A DNA stretch of 64,000 nucleotides from Pseudobdellovibrionaceae bacterium (lineage in GTDB: Bacteria > Bdellovibrionota > Bdellovibrionia > Bdellovibrionales > Bdellovibrionaceae). The notes below the pieces were generated by a model that saw nothing but the letters and a program-made list of their open reading frames with translations, had not been told where the DNA came from and searched no databases. The DNA lies in contig JAYWEQ010000156.1 of assembly GCA_043779185.1 (NCBI GenBank), positions 6,087 through 70,086 of the forward strand, given 5' to 3'. Position 1 is the stretch's first letter; each line of letters starts with the position of its first letter. Positions 46,516 through 55,841 of the stretch are shown here, piece after piece. Position numbers and translations under genes: made by a program.

Positions 46516-47369
46516 GAACTATTTTCCATATCGCTACAAAAAAAGAATGGGCCGAGGCTCAGCAAAAAGGATTTTACAGCACGGGCAGTCTTGAAAAAGA
46601 AAGCTTCATTCACTTTTCTCGACACCACCAGTTGCAAGGCGTGAGTGAACGACATTTTAAAGGAGCTAGAGATCTTGTGCTGTTGGAAATAGAACAAGAG
46701 CTTATGAAGGGCGAACTAAAATACGAAGGCTCAGAACATAATAAGTTTCCTCATTTGTACGGACCGCTGAATTTAGATTCAGTCAAAGAAACTTTTGAAA
46801 TGGATTTTTCTGCAAAGCCATTTTCTTTTCCTGCAAAATATAGAATGGTTGGAGAAACATTGATTCGCCCTGGAGTGGCATCCGATGCTGCCGAGCTTGC
46901 CAGTGCCCATTTGAACTCATGGCGCGAAAGTTACCAGGGCTTGGTTCCTGATAGTTATTTAGATCGATTGCCATTAAGTTTTCGCGGACGCATGAAGTTC
47001 TGGGAGTATCTTTTTAATGAAGCCAAGGATGCGGCCACTTTTGTCGCAGAGTCCCCTGACAACGGAATTATTGGATTTAGTTCTGTCGGTGAAGCTAGAG
47101 ATCCAGATTACGAAACTTGGGGTGAATTAGCTGCCATTTATGTACTGAAACAGTTTAAAAACAAAGGTATCGGTCGGGGTCTTCTCGAAATGGCTTTTGA
47201 GAATTTAAAATCCCGCGATTTTAAAAAATACTACTGCTGGGTGATTGAAAATAATCCGACGATTTCATTTTATGAAAAATCTGGGGCGCAAAAAGGCCCG
47301 GGTCGAAAGCCGATCCAGCTTGAAAAAGAATTGATCGAAATTTCTATGGAGTGGGCGGCAAATGATTGA
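46512..47369 (+). CDS. DUF952 domain fused to a GNAT N-acetyltransferase domain
   Basis: N-terminal IFHIATKKEW...FIHFS...KFPHLYGPL (DUF952). C-terminal motif A QFKNKGIGRGLL (GNAT). ATGA overlap with the upstream gene. Confidence 0.8.
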   Translation: MRTIFHIATKKEWAEAQQKGFYSTGSLEKESFIHFSRHHQLQGVSERHFKGARDLVLLEIEQELMKGELKYEGSEHNKFPHLYGPLNLDSVKETFEMDFSAKPFSFPAKYRMVGETLIRPGVASDAAELASAHLNSWRESYQGLVPDSYLDRLPLSFRGRMKFWEYLFNEAKDAATFVAESPDNGIIGFSSVGEARDPDYETWGELAAIYVLKQFKNKGIGRGLLEMAFENLKSRDFKKYYCWVIENNPTISFYEKSGAQKGPGRKPIQLEKELIEISMEWAAND

Positions 47370-47378
47370 TCTCTTCAA

Positions 47379-47891
47379 TCAATGTAAATTAAGACGCTCA
47401 TGGGCGCCCTCCTCTTGGGTCTGGCCGGTCAAGACAGCTTTTGCAAAACCAATAAGCTGAACGACCATCGAAGAAGGAGAATCCCAATACTCCGCGGTTT
47501 CGACGCGCACTCTTATTAAGATTAAATTTCGATCCTCTAAGCCTTTGGGAAACCAAGTTCTGTAAAATGGAATCCAAAGCTCTTTGGCTTTGTGTGCGTC
47601 TTCAACAAGCTCGGCGCGCCCAGAAACAGAAACGTATCGATTGTCGCTAGGGGATGCATAACCCAGATTAACGTGTTGATCTTTCATTAAAGACAGAATC
47701 TTTCCTGAAGTTTTTTGAGTAAAAAACCACATATCGCCGTCAAAATCGGTTTGCTGGCAAGCCATCGGCCGACTGGCTAATGACCCATCGGGGTCTACGG
47801 TCGTCAGCATTGCAAATTTTATCCCTTTTACCATTGTGCCGAGTTTAGCGATCGGGTCGATATCCGACTTTTTATGCAGATCAGTTTTCAT
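47379..47891 (-). CDS. pyridoxamine 5'-phosphate oxidase-fold / general stress protein 26 family
   Basis: 170 aa. MLTTVDPDGSLASRPM and MWFFT motifs. Confidence 0.85.
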   Translation of the reverse strand: MKTDLHKKSDIDPIAKLGTMVKGIKFAMLTTVDPDGSLASRPMACQQTDFDGDMWFFTQKTSGKILSLMKDQHVNLGYASPSDNRYVSVSGRAELVEDAHKAKELWIPFYRTWFPKGLEDRNLILIRVRVETAEYWDSPSSMVVQLIGFAKAVLTGQTQEEGAHERLNLH

Positions 47892-48015
47892 AAAATCCTC
47901 CGGCTGAGTTTCCTTTCCTTATTTAAAAGCACTGCTAAAAACATGCACTCAGAATCTTTGAATTTGACGAAAACAACATATCGGAAGCTCTGAACCCTCT
48001 GACATCTGTTGCATT

Positions 48016-49275
48016 TTGACATTCTTAAAATCGACAGCTAGTCTGACATCGAATATGAATCATTTGAAGCGGTCCATTCTTCTCAGTGTAATCTGGTGTC
48101 TTTTTTTATTCTTTTTTGGAAGTCCGATTTTTAACTTAAGAGCCAATCTACAGGATCATGTTTCAAATATTTACTCGAGCCTTCTTTTTTGGAGCGAAGG
48201 TGTTCCGATTTATCAGAAAGGGCCCTCTGAATTTCTAGATCTGGACACGCGCCCTGAATCCCTTCAATGGGCCGATCAATTGGGGATTCCCCATGATGAT
48301 ATTTTAAAAAAAAGGAATGTTGAAAATCCGCGACCTTGGATAATTGTTTGGCCATGGATGCCACGACCCTATCCACCTGGGTCGGCCTTATTTTTTTCTC
48401 CATTCGGAGCTTTGGTCCAAACTGGTATTTCGCCTTACGCCATCTTTGGCTTATGTATCTTTACTCTTTTAATTTTTAGTCATCTGACATTTTTCAAAAT
48501 AAAAGACGAATTAAAAAATCATTTGGACTGGAAAAAAAGCTGGCATACGCAAGGCCTTTTCATTTTTTTAAATTTATTTTTATATCAAGAGCTAGTCCTT
48601 TGGGGATTATCGGGAATGTACGATATCGTGGCTTTTTTTCTTTTGGTGAATTCCATTATTTTTTTACTTCATAAGAAATGGCTGGGCTGTATTAGTTTTT
48701 ACTGTTTTGCATTCTTTTTACATTACCGAAGCCTTTTTTGGGCCCCTATTCCGGTCGTTGCTTTTATTTTTTGGTGGAAATCCAGCCCTAGCTTATCAAG
48801 CAGAATTAGAATGATCCCATTAAAGGAAAAAATAATTTTAAGCAGCGCCTTACTTGTCGCGTTGGCTGGCTTTTACACTTTCACTCTGACATACCATTCG
48901 CTACAAGGTGATTACTTAGAAATGAAGAACAATCCTTTCTATTTGACTGGATTTTCTCCTTTGAAACCTGAAGTTTTCTGGGGATGGATTGCTTTAGTTG
49001 GAATTTTTTCTTTTGTCATGATGCGGAGAAAGGAAGGGCTTTCTATCACTTGTATCTTTTGGATTACCTTCTTGCTGACCAAAATGCCCTTTGTAAAATC
49101 TTGGTATATTTTGTTTCTTCTGCCACTATTTTTTATTTCACAAAAAAAGTCTTTATCGAATCAGTACTGGCATTTAGGACTGTATTTGTATTTAGGGGGC
49201 TGTGTCTTTATTAATTCGCCATTGGAATTTTACCTTTGGCATGAAATCGTTGACGTGATCAGGAGACATTCATGA
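48016..49275 (+). CDS. polytopic membrane protein, GT-C-fold glycosyltransferase-like (DUF2029/GT87-like, tentative)
   Basis: About 11 TM helices. PRPYPPGSALFFSPF resembles the YPP motif of DUF2029-type enzymes. AT-rich gene. Confidence 0.55.
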   Translation: MTFLKSTASLTSNMNHLKRSILLSVIWCLFLFFFGSPIFNLRANLQDHVSNIYSSLLFWSEGVPIYQKGPSEFLDLDTRPESLQWADQLGIPHDDILKKRNVENPRPWIIVWPWMPRPYPPGSALFFSPFGALVQTGISPYAIFGLCIFTLLIFSHLTFFKIKDELKNHLDWKKSWHTQGLFIFLNLFLYQELVLWGLSGMYDIVAFFLLVNSIIFLLHKKWLGCISFYCFAFFLHYRSLFWAPIPVVAFIFWWKSSPSLSSRIRMIPLKEKIILSSALLVALAGFYTFTLTYHSLQGDYLEMKNNPFYLTGFSPLKPEVFWGWIALVGIFSFVMMRRKEGLSITCIFWITFLLTKMPFVKSWYILFLLPLFFISQKKSLSNQYWHLGLYLYLGGCVFINSPLEFYLWHEIVDVIRRHS

Positions 49276-50870
49276 GGAAGTTATTAAATAATCTTTGGCT
49301 ATTTTTAAAAAAGCATTGTGTTTGGATAAATAGAGTCCTTTTTTCTTTAGCCTTAGGAATTCAGTTCTTGAGCGCTGTGCCACTGATTTCAGGCTTTATG
49401 GATCACCGGTCAATTGTTGAAGCTCACGATAATGATGCCGGAAAAATGGTGGAGGTTGCTTTGCGATCTCGGTGGTACAACGATAATAACTTTCGTTATT
49501 ATGGGCCACTGTATTTCCGTGTGGCCAATACTTTTCACTCTATCGCACCAGCAAGCTCTGGGCGCTATGAATTGGGCTCTCCGGAATCCAATGAAGAATC
49601 AATTCACTTTTACGTCTTATTAACATCTTTGTTAGGTTTATTTTTATTAGGAATTTCGTGTGCGTCCTTAATCTCTGAAAAGTGGGAGGTCAGGTTTTTA
49701 TTAACTCTCTTTTTGATGGCGGCATTTCTTCATCATCCGGTTTGGTCGCAATATCTTTTCACGGCCCATCCAGATCAGCTTCTAACGGGCCTTGTCGCCC
49801 TGTCGACCCTTCTGACGATTCGAAGTTTTCAGAAAAAATTTGATGATAAAAGTTTGGCCTATGCAGGATTCTCGTGGGGTTTAACGATTTGTACCAAGTT
49901 ATCTTCTTTATTTTTTCTTCCGGGCTGGATTGCTTTACTATTTTTTTTTCAAAAAGATCGTCAGCGATTTAAGGGCGCCCTTAAAAGACTGATCGCTTAT
50001 GCAGCGGGCGGATATTTTTTGATTGGTTTTCCTCAGAATATCGATATTTGGGGTTCTTTAAAAAAGATGCTTAATCTTTCTGAGTTTAGCTCGGCGCCCA
50101 CGTTCGCAACTTTTGTTGATTGGTGGAATCATGTCGGTGGGCAAACAATATGGCCGGCGGCCGTCATCCTTGTGGGGATCATTTTTTTTGGTTCTAAAAT
50201 TCGTGAATTTAATTTTAGACAGCAAATCGTTCTATTTTTATTGATGAACCTGGGACTTTTTATTCTTACATTAAGAACTTTAGAGCTCAGTCATTCCTAT
50301 TACGTCATGCCTTTTGTTGGCACCCTTTTAATGGCATTGATCGTTTTAATGAATCAAATCAGTCTGTTTGATTTAATTTTTTCTTGCAGGCCACCGATTT
50401 TTTTGCAATCAGTTTTATTTTTGCTGTTTGTGTTGGGAGCCCACTTCAATTTATTTCAATTTAAAACCGCTGGGGCGACGCAAAAATCACTGCTGACCTG
50501 CCGACCTCATTTTCAAGAGGTTTACGGTTTAACTAAAAAAGCTTTGGCTGAAAATAAATCGATCATTTCGACGCCCTACACGCCAGTACCGCTTGAAAAT
50601 GAATTGGTCCACGTTGATTGGGAGCTTAACTTTGATACGCTGACAAAAGCTCAGCCAAAATTATTAGTTTTTAATCGTTCTTATTATGCCCGCTACACGG
50701 AATCATTAAATGTTTCAAAATATGTCCAGTTAACAAACTCTGATTGGAGCACGACACAAAAATTCTATATGAGTTTCATTAATCAAACGGATGTTAATGC
50801 GGGACCGGCCGGACAGTGGCACAAAATTTATTCAGATCAATGCAGTTTGGAAGTTTGGGAAAAGCAATAG
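49272..50870 (+). CDS. polytopic membrane protein, ArnT/PMT-like GT-C glycosyltransferase (tentative)
   Basis: 532 aa, about 11 TM helices plus a soluble C-terminal domain. YYGPLYFRV loop motif. ATGA overlap with the upstream gene. Confidence 0.55.
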   Translation: MRKLLNNLWLFLKKHCVWINRVLFSLALGIQFLSAVPLISGFMDHRSIVEAHDNDAGKMVEVALRSRWYNDNNFRYYGPLYFRVANTFHSIAPASSGRYELGSPESNEESIHFYVLLTSLLGLFLLGISCASLISEKWEVRFLLTLFLMAAFLHHPVWSQYLFTAHPDQLLTGLVALSTLLTIRSFQKKFDDKSLAYAGFSWGLTICTKLSSLFFLPGWIALLFFFQKDRQRFKGALKRLIAYAAGGYFLIGFPQNIDIWGSLKKMLNLSEFSSAPTFATFVDWWNHVGGQTIWPAAVILVGIIFFGSKIREFNFRQQIVLFLLMNLGLFILTLRTLELSHSYYVMPFVGTLLMALIVLMNQISLFDLIFSCRPPIFLQSVLFLLFVLGAHFNLFQFKTAGATQKSLLTCRPHFQEVYGLTKKALAENKSIISTPYTPVPLENELVHVDWELNFDTLTKAQPKLLVFNRSYYARYTESLNVSKYVQLTNSDWSTTQKFYMSFINQTDVNAGPAGQWHKIYSDQCSLEVWEKQ

Positions 50871-50890
50871 GGTCACACAAAGGCTGGGAC

Positions 50891-51283
50891 CTATTGGCCC
50901 TGAGTTGTTTCGCGAAGCCAACGGTAGGCTTCGTTAATATCCATAAAAAAGTTATGAGTTTGTGTCGCCGTCTTTTTTAGCTCAGCCACTTGAAGAGGAT
51001 CATGATTTACAAAAGCAATGGCGATACAACGGTTTTGACAATAAGACACTAAGGACTGGCGCCACCTTTTATGGACTTCTGCTGAAACCGGCTGATAGCC
51101 ATAAGTATTAACAAGAAGCTTAAATCCTCGGTCGACAAAATTATGATCTCGAACCTGTTGAAAAGATTGAGCCCATTCTTGAATTTCTTTTAAGCCAATT
51201 TTACCAACAAGATGGGTCACAATGCCTGGAAGATTTTGATCAAAGTCCGTTTTCATCGTGACCTGACGATTTAAACTGCTCAT
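50891..51283 (-). CDS. hypothetical cytoplasmic protein (130 aa)
   Basis: GGGGG RBS 5 nt upstream. No family recognised; possibly a STAS-like fold. Confidence 0.5.
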   Translation of the reverse strand: MSSLNRQVTMKTDFDQNLPGIVTHLVGKIGLKEIQEWAQSFQQVRDHNFVDRGFKLLVNTYGYQPVSAEVHKRWRQSLVSYCQNRCIAIAFVNHDPLQVAELKKTATQTHNFFMDINEAYRWLRETTQGQ

Positions 51284-51465
51284 TTTGTCCCCCTCTAAAA
51301 ATGGTAACAGATCGCAAATCTATTTCAACTCGTGACCCTGCGATGTGTTGTTCGTGGGGCCAAGACTCAATCAAGCTGCACTGTGACAGATGAAGGAGAA
51401 TGATTGTCCAGTTGACTGGGGTCTAGGTCGCTTTGATATTAACTCTATTCATCAAAGGAGAAATT

Positions 51466-51852
51466 ATGCAAATCGTTTTGTTGTTTGTTAGTTTGGTTTT
51501 TGCGACCGCACCAGGGAAAGTCTTTTTCAAAAATTTAAAAGACGGGCAAACAGTCGCAAGCAAATTTAAGGTTGAAATGGGTGTCGAGGGAAAGACTCTG
51601 CGTCCAGCCGGGCAAGATGCCGAAGATAAAATGTCAGGGCATCACCATTTGATCGTTAATGCTGGACCTGTTAAAGAAGGCGAAGTTATTCCTGCCGACG
51701 ACAATCATCTGCACTTTGGGAAAGCTCAGACTGAAACTGAAGTGGACTTAAAAAAGCCAGGCACTTACACCCTGACGCTTCAGTTAGCAGATGGCGCTCA
51801 TCGCTCTTACGGCGAAAAGTACAGCTCTAGCATTAAAGTGATTGTTAAATAA
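51466..51852 (+). CDS. DUF4399 domain protein, secreted
   Basis: AAGGAG RBS. Signal peptide. GHHHLIV...D..H.HFGKAQTE...L.PG.YTLTLQLADGAH pattern. Confidence 0.8.
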   Translation: MQIVLLFVSLVFATAPGKVFFKNLKDGQTVASKFKVEMGVEGKTLRPAGQDAEDKMSGHHHLIVNAGPVKEGEVIPADDNHLHFGKAQTETEVDLKKPGTYTLTLQLADGAHRSYGEKYSSSIKVIVK

Positions 51853-52063
51853 CGAATTGAAAAATCTTTGAGTTTGAGGGACCCTTGCGGTCCCCAAAGT
51901 TCTCCCGCCACCTCCTCTATATATAGATGACTCATTCTGATACGAAACTGTCCATGCCTTAGACAGTGACGACAAACTTGCGCCAATTTGAGACTCCGCC
52001 TGTCCAAATCCCAAATGAGCCCCCTCTAAAGAGTTTATAAGGTAAATAATCCCTATGAAAAAA

Positions 52064-52079
52064 TGGCACAGCGGTTGCT
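52064..52079 (+). promoter_or_regulatory. sigma-54 (-24/-12) promoter
   Basis: TGGCAC-agcgg-TTGCT is an exact match to TGGCAC-N5-TTGCW, ending 50 nt upstream of ATG 52129. Confidence 0.6.
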
Positions 52080-52128
52080 TAGTAACTCAGTGAAAGAAAA
52101 GTAACCTTTAAAAAAAGAGAGAGAACAT

Positions 52129-52599
52129 ATGAAAAACCTATATAAAGTGAAGAACGTTTTTTTGGTTCTAGGTTTGTCTTTGATGGCCTTTGGATGTGGA
52201 AAAAACGATTCGAATAATAATTCTAGTGGTGGCGGCGCAGTGGCGGTGACTCCAGGAGTTTGTCCGCAGGGACAAGTTTGGATCACGCAAGCGAATGCCT
52301 GTGTTGCTCAAGCCGGCTGTCAGGTTGGGCAGGGTTGGTATAACAACGTTTGCACTCAAGGTGTCAATCAAGGCGGTATTAACGGTTATCCATATCAAGG
52401 TGGTTACGGTCAGGGTGGATACGGCCAGGGCGGATACGGTTACCAAGGTGGTTACGGCTATCAAGGCGGATACGGATATAATCAAGGCGGATACGGATAT
52501 AATCAAGGTGGCTACAATACTCAGTATTATTCCCCTTACCAAAATAACTGTTACTACAAACAAAAAGGAATTTTTTACTACTACGTTTGTGGTTACTAA
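52129..52599 (+). CDS. lipoprotein with a 6-Cys N-terminal part and a Gly/Tyr (GGY) repeat region
   Basis: Signal peptide plus lipobox LMAFG-C. The repeats GGYGQGGYGQGGYGYQGGYGYQGGYGYNQGGYGYNQGGY are followed by a strong terminator. Confidence 0.75.
   Translation: MKNLYKVKNVFLVLGLSLMAFGCGKNDSNNNSSGGGAVAVTPGVCPQGQVWITQANACVAQAGCQVGQGWYNNVCTQGVNQGGINGYPYQGGYGQGGYGQGGYGYQGGYGYQGGYGYNQGGYGYNQGGYNTQYYSPYQNNCYYKQKGIFYYYVCGY
52384..52520 (+). repeat. imperfect 15-21-nt coding tandem repeats (GGY units), including an exact 21-nt duplication at 52461-52502
   Basis: tcaaggcggatacggatataa occurs twice in tandem, flanked by diverged copies. Confidence 0.85.
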
Positions 52600-52622
52600 G
52601 AATTAATTTTCTGAAATTTCAA

Positions 52623-52657
52623 GAACCCCGCTTCGAAAGAGCGGGGTTCTTTATTTT
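52623..52657 (+). terminator. rho-independent terminator
   Basis: gaaccccgc / gcggggttc 9-bp GC-rich stem followed by tttatttt. Confidence 0.8.
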
Positions 52658-53583
52658 AAAACGTACTGCCGATAAAAAGCGATTGAACGCTGAAGCCCTT
52701 CATCCAAATCGATTTTTGGTTTCCATCCTAAAGAGAAAAGCTTTTCAATATCCAAACGTTTTTCCATCATGCCATCAGGCTTTGACGTATCAAAAATAAG
52801 TGTGCCTTTGAATCCCATCAACGTCGCAATTTTGGCGGCAAGTTCGCCGACCTTGATATCTTGACCTGTGCCGATATTTAACCAATCTGGCATTTCCTTT
52901 TTTTCCATTAAAAAAACACAAGCTGAGGCCATATCATCGACATAAAGAAATTCACGCCGAGGCTGACCTGATCCCCAAACTGAAAATCTCGAAGCGCCCT
53001 CATCAATAGCTTTTTGCATACGAGCGATCAAGCCAGGAATCACATGGGAATTTTCAGGATGGTAATTATCGTGAATGCCATAAAGATTGGTTGGCATCAC
53101 CGACACGAATTCTCTTTTATACTGCTTTCTAATATTCTCCGCTGTTTTTAATCCAGCAATTTTTGCGATGGCATAAGGTTCATTGGTAGGCTCCAAAGGT
53201 CCGGTCAATAAATATTCTTCTTTGATCGGCTGCGGAGAATTTTTTGGATAAATACAAGATGAACCTAAGAACATAAATTTTTTGACGGGCGTATCCAAGG
53301 CCGCTCGAAAGACATGATCTTGAATGGCTAAATTTTCCAAAATAAAATCGGCGCGGTAAGTATTATTAGCGATAATTCCACCGACTTTAGCCGCCGCTAA
53401 AAAAACATACTCTGGCTGATTTTTTTTAAAATAAGTTAAGGTCGCAGCGCCATCTAAAAGATCTAGCTCGGCGTGTGACGGAGATAAAATTTGCAGATAG
53501 CCTTTGGCTTCAAGCTCGCGAATTAAAGCCGATCCAACAAGACCTCTAGCTCCTAAAACTAAAATGCGATTGTTCTGTTGCAT
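52651..53583 (-). CDS. fcl: GDP-L-fucose synthase
   Basis: GARGLVGSA Rossmann motif, catalytic Y..AK (PYAIAKIAG), 310 aa. Full-length resemblance to WcaG/Fcl. Confidence 0.95.
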   Translation of the reverse strand: MQQNNRILVLGARGLVGSALIRELEAKGYLQILSPSHAELDLLDGAATLTYFKKNQPEYVFLAAAKVGGIIANNTYRADFILENLAIQDHVFRAALDTPVKKFMFLGSSCIYPKNSPQPIKEEYLLTGPLEPTNEPYAIAKIAGLKTAENIRKQYKREFVSVMPTNLYGIHDNYHPENSHVIPGLIARMQKAIDEGASRFSVWGSGQPRREFLYVDDMASACVFLMEKKEMPDWLNIGTGQDIKVGELAAKIATLMGFKGTLIFDTSKPDGMMEKRLDIEKLFSLGWKPKIDLDEGLQRSIAFYRQYVLK

Positions 53584-53607
53584 GACTTGGAATTAACACG
53601 CGCAGCC

Positions 53608-54873
53608 ATGCAAGTCGATATTAAAAAGATATATTCAATCTCTATGATTGGGTTCTTTTTTTACTTCTTCTTTATTGCACTGTTATGTTCGCAGTCATTG
53701 ATGGATCTGGGTTCCACGCTGATCGTCGCAGCCGTTATTTGGGCTTGGGTGGGAAAAAAGAAGCGTGGTGAAGCTGTTCACTTTCACAAGGTTGGCCTAG
53801 AGCGAATTTTCCCCATTTGGGCAGCGATTATTTTAGTGGGTCTGCTGACAAATGTGAGGCCCGAAACGCCATGGCTTAAAAGTTTTCTAGAGTTTCGTTG
53901 GATCCTAGAATTTTACTTCTATACGGCCGCTTTAATGATTCTTGAACCCGAAGAAAATGATTTTAAAAAACTATTGCCAGTGCTTTTTTTCGCCTCTGTT
54001 TATGCGGTGGCCGCTTATTTTCTAAAATTTCATCCATTTTTGGAATCCTCTTCGCTTCGAGAAGCCAATATGTTCGGCTATCGCACCGGCGGGCTTTTTA
54101 TGAACCCGATGCCCTTTGCGCACACTTACGGGCCTTTAGGTCTTTTAATGATGGGTCCCATTCTTTATATGAATCGCAAAAAAGTTTTAGAAAATAAATT
54201 TTGGATTCTTTGCACCATGATGACGTTGCTTGGAGTGGTCTTGTCATTTACCCGAGGGGTGTGGATCGGAATGGCCGCGGGCTTGCTTGTGATGGGTTTT
54301 TTAATCAATTGGAAAAAAGGACTGATGGTCCTTAGTGTTGGAGCGATCAGCGCTGGAGCCTTGATGCTGGCGGTTCCGTCGATCCTAGAACGCATTCTTT
54401 TCAGCCTGAACCCGACGGCGACTTATGATTCTGAAAGATTAATTATTTGGAAAGCCAACTGGCTGATTTTTACTGAACATCCTATTTTTGGTTTGGGATA
54501 CAGTGAAAACGGCAATCGCTTGCGTGAATATTTTGATCGTATGGGCGTTCCGAAAGGGTTTTTGGAAAGTCATGCCCACAATCAGTATCTGCATTTTTTA
54601 GCCGGCACGGGAATACTTGGCCTCGCTTGTTTCCTTGTTGTGATTGTTTGGTTTTTCAGAATGCATTTTTTAGCTTTCAAAAGTTTTGATGAGAAGCAGA
54701 ATCCTTTTTGGAAGGGCTTAGCCCTAGGAGTTCTGGGCGCTGAGATCTGCTTTTTTACCTCAGGCGTGACAGAATCTAATTTCAGCATTGCTAAAAACCG
54801 CTACTTTATGATGACCATCTGGGCCTTGGGTTGTTGGTTGTATTTTAAAGTAAAGGCGCAAAAGCCAGCCTAG
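53608..54873 (+). CDS. O-antigen ligase / Wzy_C family membrane protein
   Basis: More than 10 TM helices. SFTRGVW and HAHNQYLHFLAGTGILG motifs. ATG 53608 is preferred over the overlapping TTG 53578. Confidence 0.8.
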   Translation: MQVDIKKIYSISMIGFFFYFFFIALLCSQSLMDLGSTLIVAAVIWAWVGKKKRGEAVHFHKVGLERIFPIWAAIILVGLLTNVRPETPWLKSFLEFRWILEFYFYTAALMILEPEENDFKKLLPVLFFASVYAVAAYFLKFHPFLESSSLREANMFGYRTGGLFMNPMPFAHTYGPLGLLMMGPILYMNRKKVLENKFWILCTMMTLLGVVLSFTRGVWIGMAAGLLVMGFLINWKKGLMVLSVGAISAGALMLAVPSILERILFSLNPTATYDSERLIIWKANWLIFTEHPIFGLGYSENGNRLREYFDRMGVPKGFLESHAHNQYLHFLAGTGILGLACFLVVIVWFFRMHFLAFKSFDEKQNPFWKGLALGVLGAEICFFTSGVTESNFSIAKNRYFMMTIWALGCWLYFKVKAQKPA

Positions 54874-54879
54874 TGTTTT

Positions 54880-55764
54880 CTAAATACGCAGTTTGTCGGC
54901 TAAAAAATCTAAAACTAAACGAGTCCTCAACGGTAGAATTTTAACCGGTGGATAAACTAAATAATAAGGTTTAGCGTCCCCAGCCCAGTCTGGAAGAACG
55001 GGCACTAATTCATGATTAGCAAGGCAGCCACTCACCAAGTGAACGGGCACATAGCAAATTCCAGCTCCAGCCATGGCTAAATTTTTTGCCATGGAAAGAC
55101 TGTTTACGTGTAATTTTGAAGTGACCATGATTTTTTCTTTTTTGCCTTTACTGGCCACGATCCACGGAAATTCACGAAATTCAGGTGAAAAAACAATGCA
55201 ATGATGGTCGCAAACTTCTTTGGGTGTTTTGGGTTGTCCATATTTCTTCAAATAAGTAGGGGACGCGAATAAAGCAAAAAAACTAAGTCCTAATTTTCGC
55301 GCCTTGTAGCTGGAATCTTTTAAATCACCAGCCCGTAAAGCCAAATCAAAACCTTCGCGAAAAAGGTCCACATAGCGATCAGAAAGATCTAATTGAATTT
55401 GAATTTCCGGATATTTCTCGGAAAGCTCAGTCATAATTTCCGGCAGTAAGTGAGTTCCTACTTCAACGGGCGCACTGATCCTAACGGTGCCAGAGGCTCG
55501 CTGTTGATGAGGCTCTAATTGTTTTTCGGCCTCTTCGATCTCTATTAAAATTCGGGAGCATTCATCGTAAAATTTTTGACCCGCTTCAGTCAGCCGGATA
55601 CTTCGAGTTGTGCGAATCAAAAGACTAGCGCCTAGTCGCAATTCCAACTGTGAGACTTTGCGGCTGAGCGTTGACTTCGGTTCGGCCAGTTCTTTGGCCG
55701 CCAAAGTAAAGCCACCGTGTCTGACCACCGCGACGAAAGCGGCTATCTCATTAAGATTATTCAT
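54880..55764 (-). CDS. LysR family transcriptional regulator
   Basis: N-terminal wHTH (FVAVVRHGGFTLAAKELAEPKSTLSRKVSQLE) plus a substrate-binding domain. Confidence 0.9.
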   Translation of the reverse strand: MNNLNEIAAFVAVVRHGGFTLAAKELAEPKSTLSRKVSQLELRLGASLLIRTTRSIRLTEAGQKFYDECSRILIEIEEAEKQLEPHQQRASGTVRISAPVEVGTHLLPEIMTELSEKYPEIQIQLDLSDRYVDLFREGFDLALRAGDLKDSSYKARKLGLSFFALFASPTYLKKYGQPKTPKEVCDHHCIVFSPEFREFPWIVASKGKKEKIMVTSKLHVNSLSMAKNLAMAGAGICYVPVHLVSGCLANHELVPVLPDWAGDAKPYYLVYPPVKILPLRTRLVLDFLADKLRI

Positions 55765-55768
55765 GTTT

Positions 55769-55797
55769 TTAAGCCTTTGTTAAGCCACTATTAAGCC
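55769..55797. promoter_or_regulatory. three TTAAGCC direct repeats with exact 11-bp periodicity
   Basis: Copies at 55769, 55780 and 55791, immediately upstream of the lysR start in the divergent promoter region. Confidence 0.5.
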
Positions 55798-55816
55798 ACA
55801 TTGATTGTGCAGAATT

Positions 55817-55841
55817 TGGAACAGTCTATCCTATTGTTCCA
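55817..55841. promoter_or_regulatory. LysR-type dyad TGGAACA-N11-TGTTCCA
   Basis: Perfect 7-bp inverted arms with an 11-nt spacer (T-N11-A architecture), about 50 nt upstream of ATG 55894. Confidence 0.55.

Noticed and set aside
52168-52606. ORFs 52168-52563 (-) and 52295-52606 (+) inside the GGY-repeat gene.
   Set aside because: These are alternative-frame and antisense shadows created by the short tandem coding repeats. Only the 52129 frame has a signal peptide and lipobox, a promoter and a terminator.
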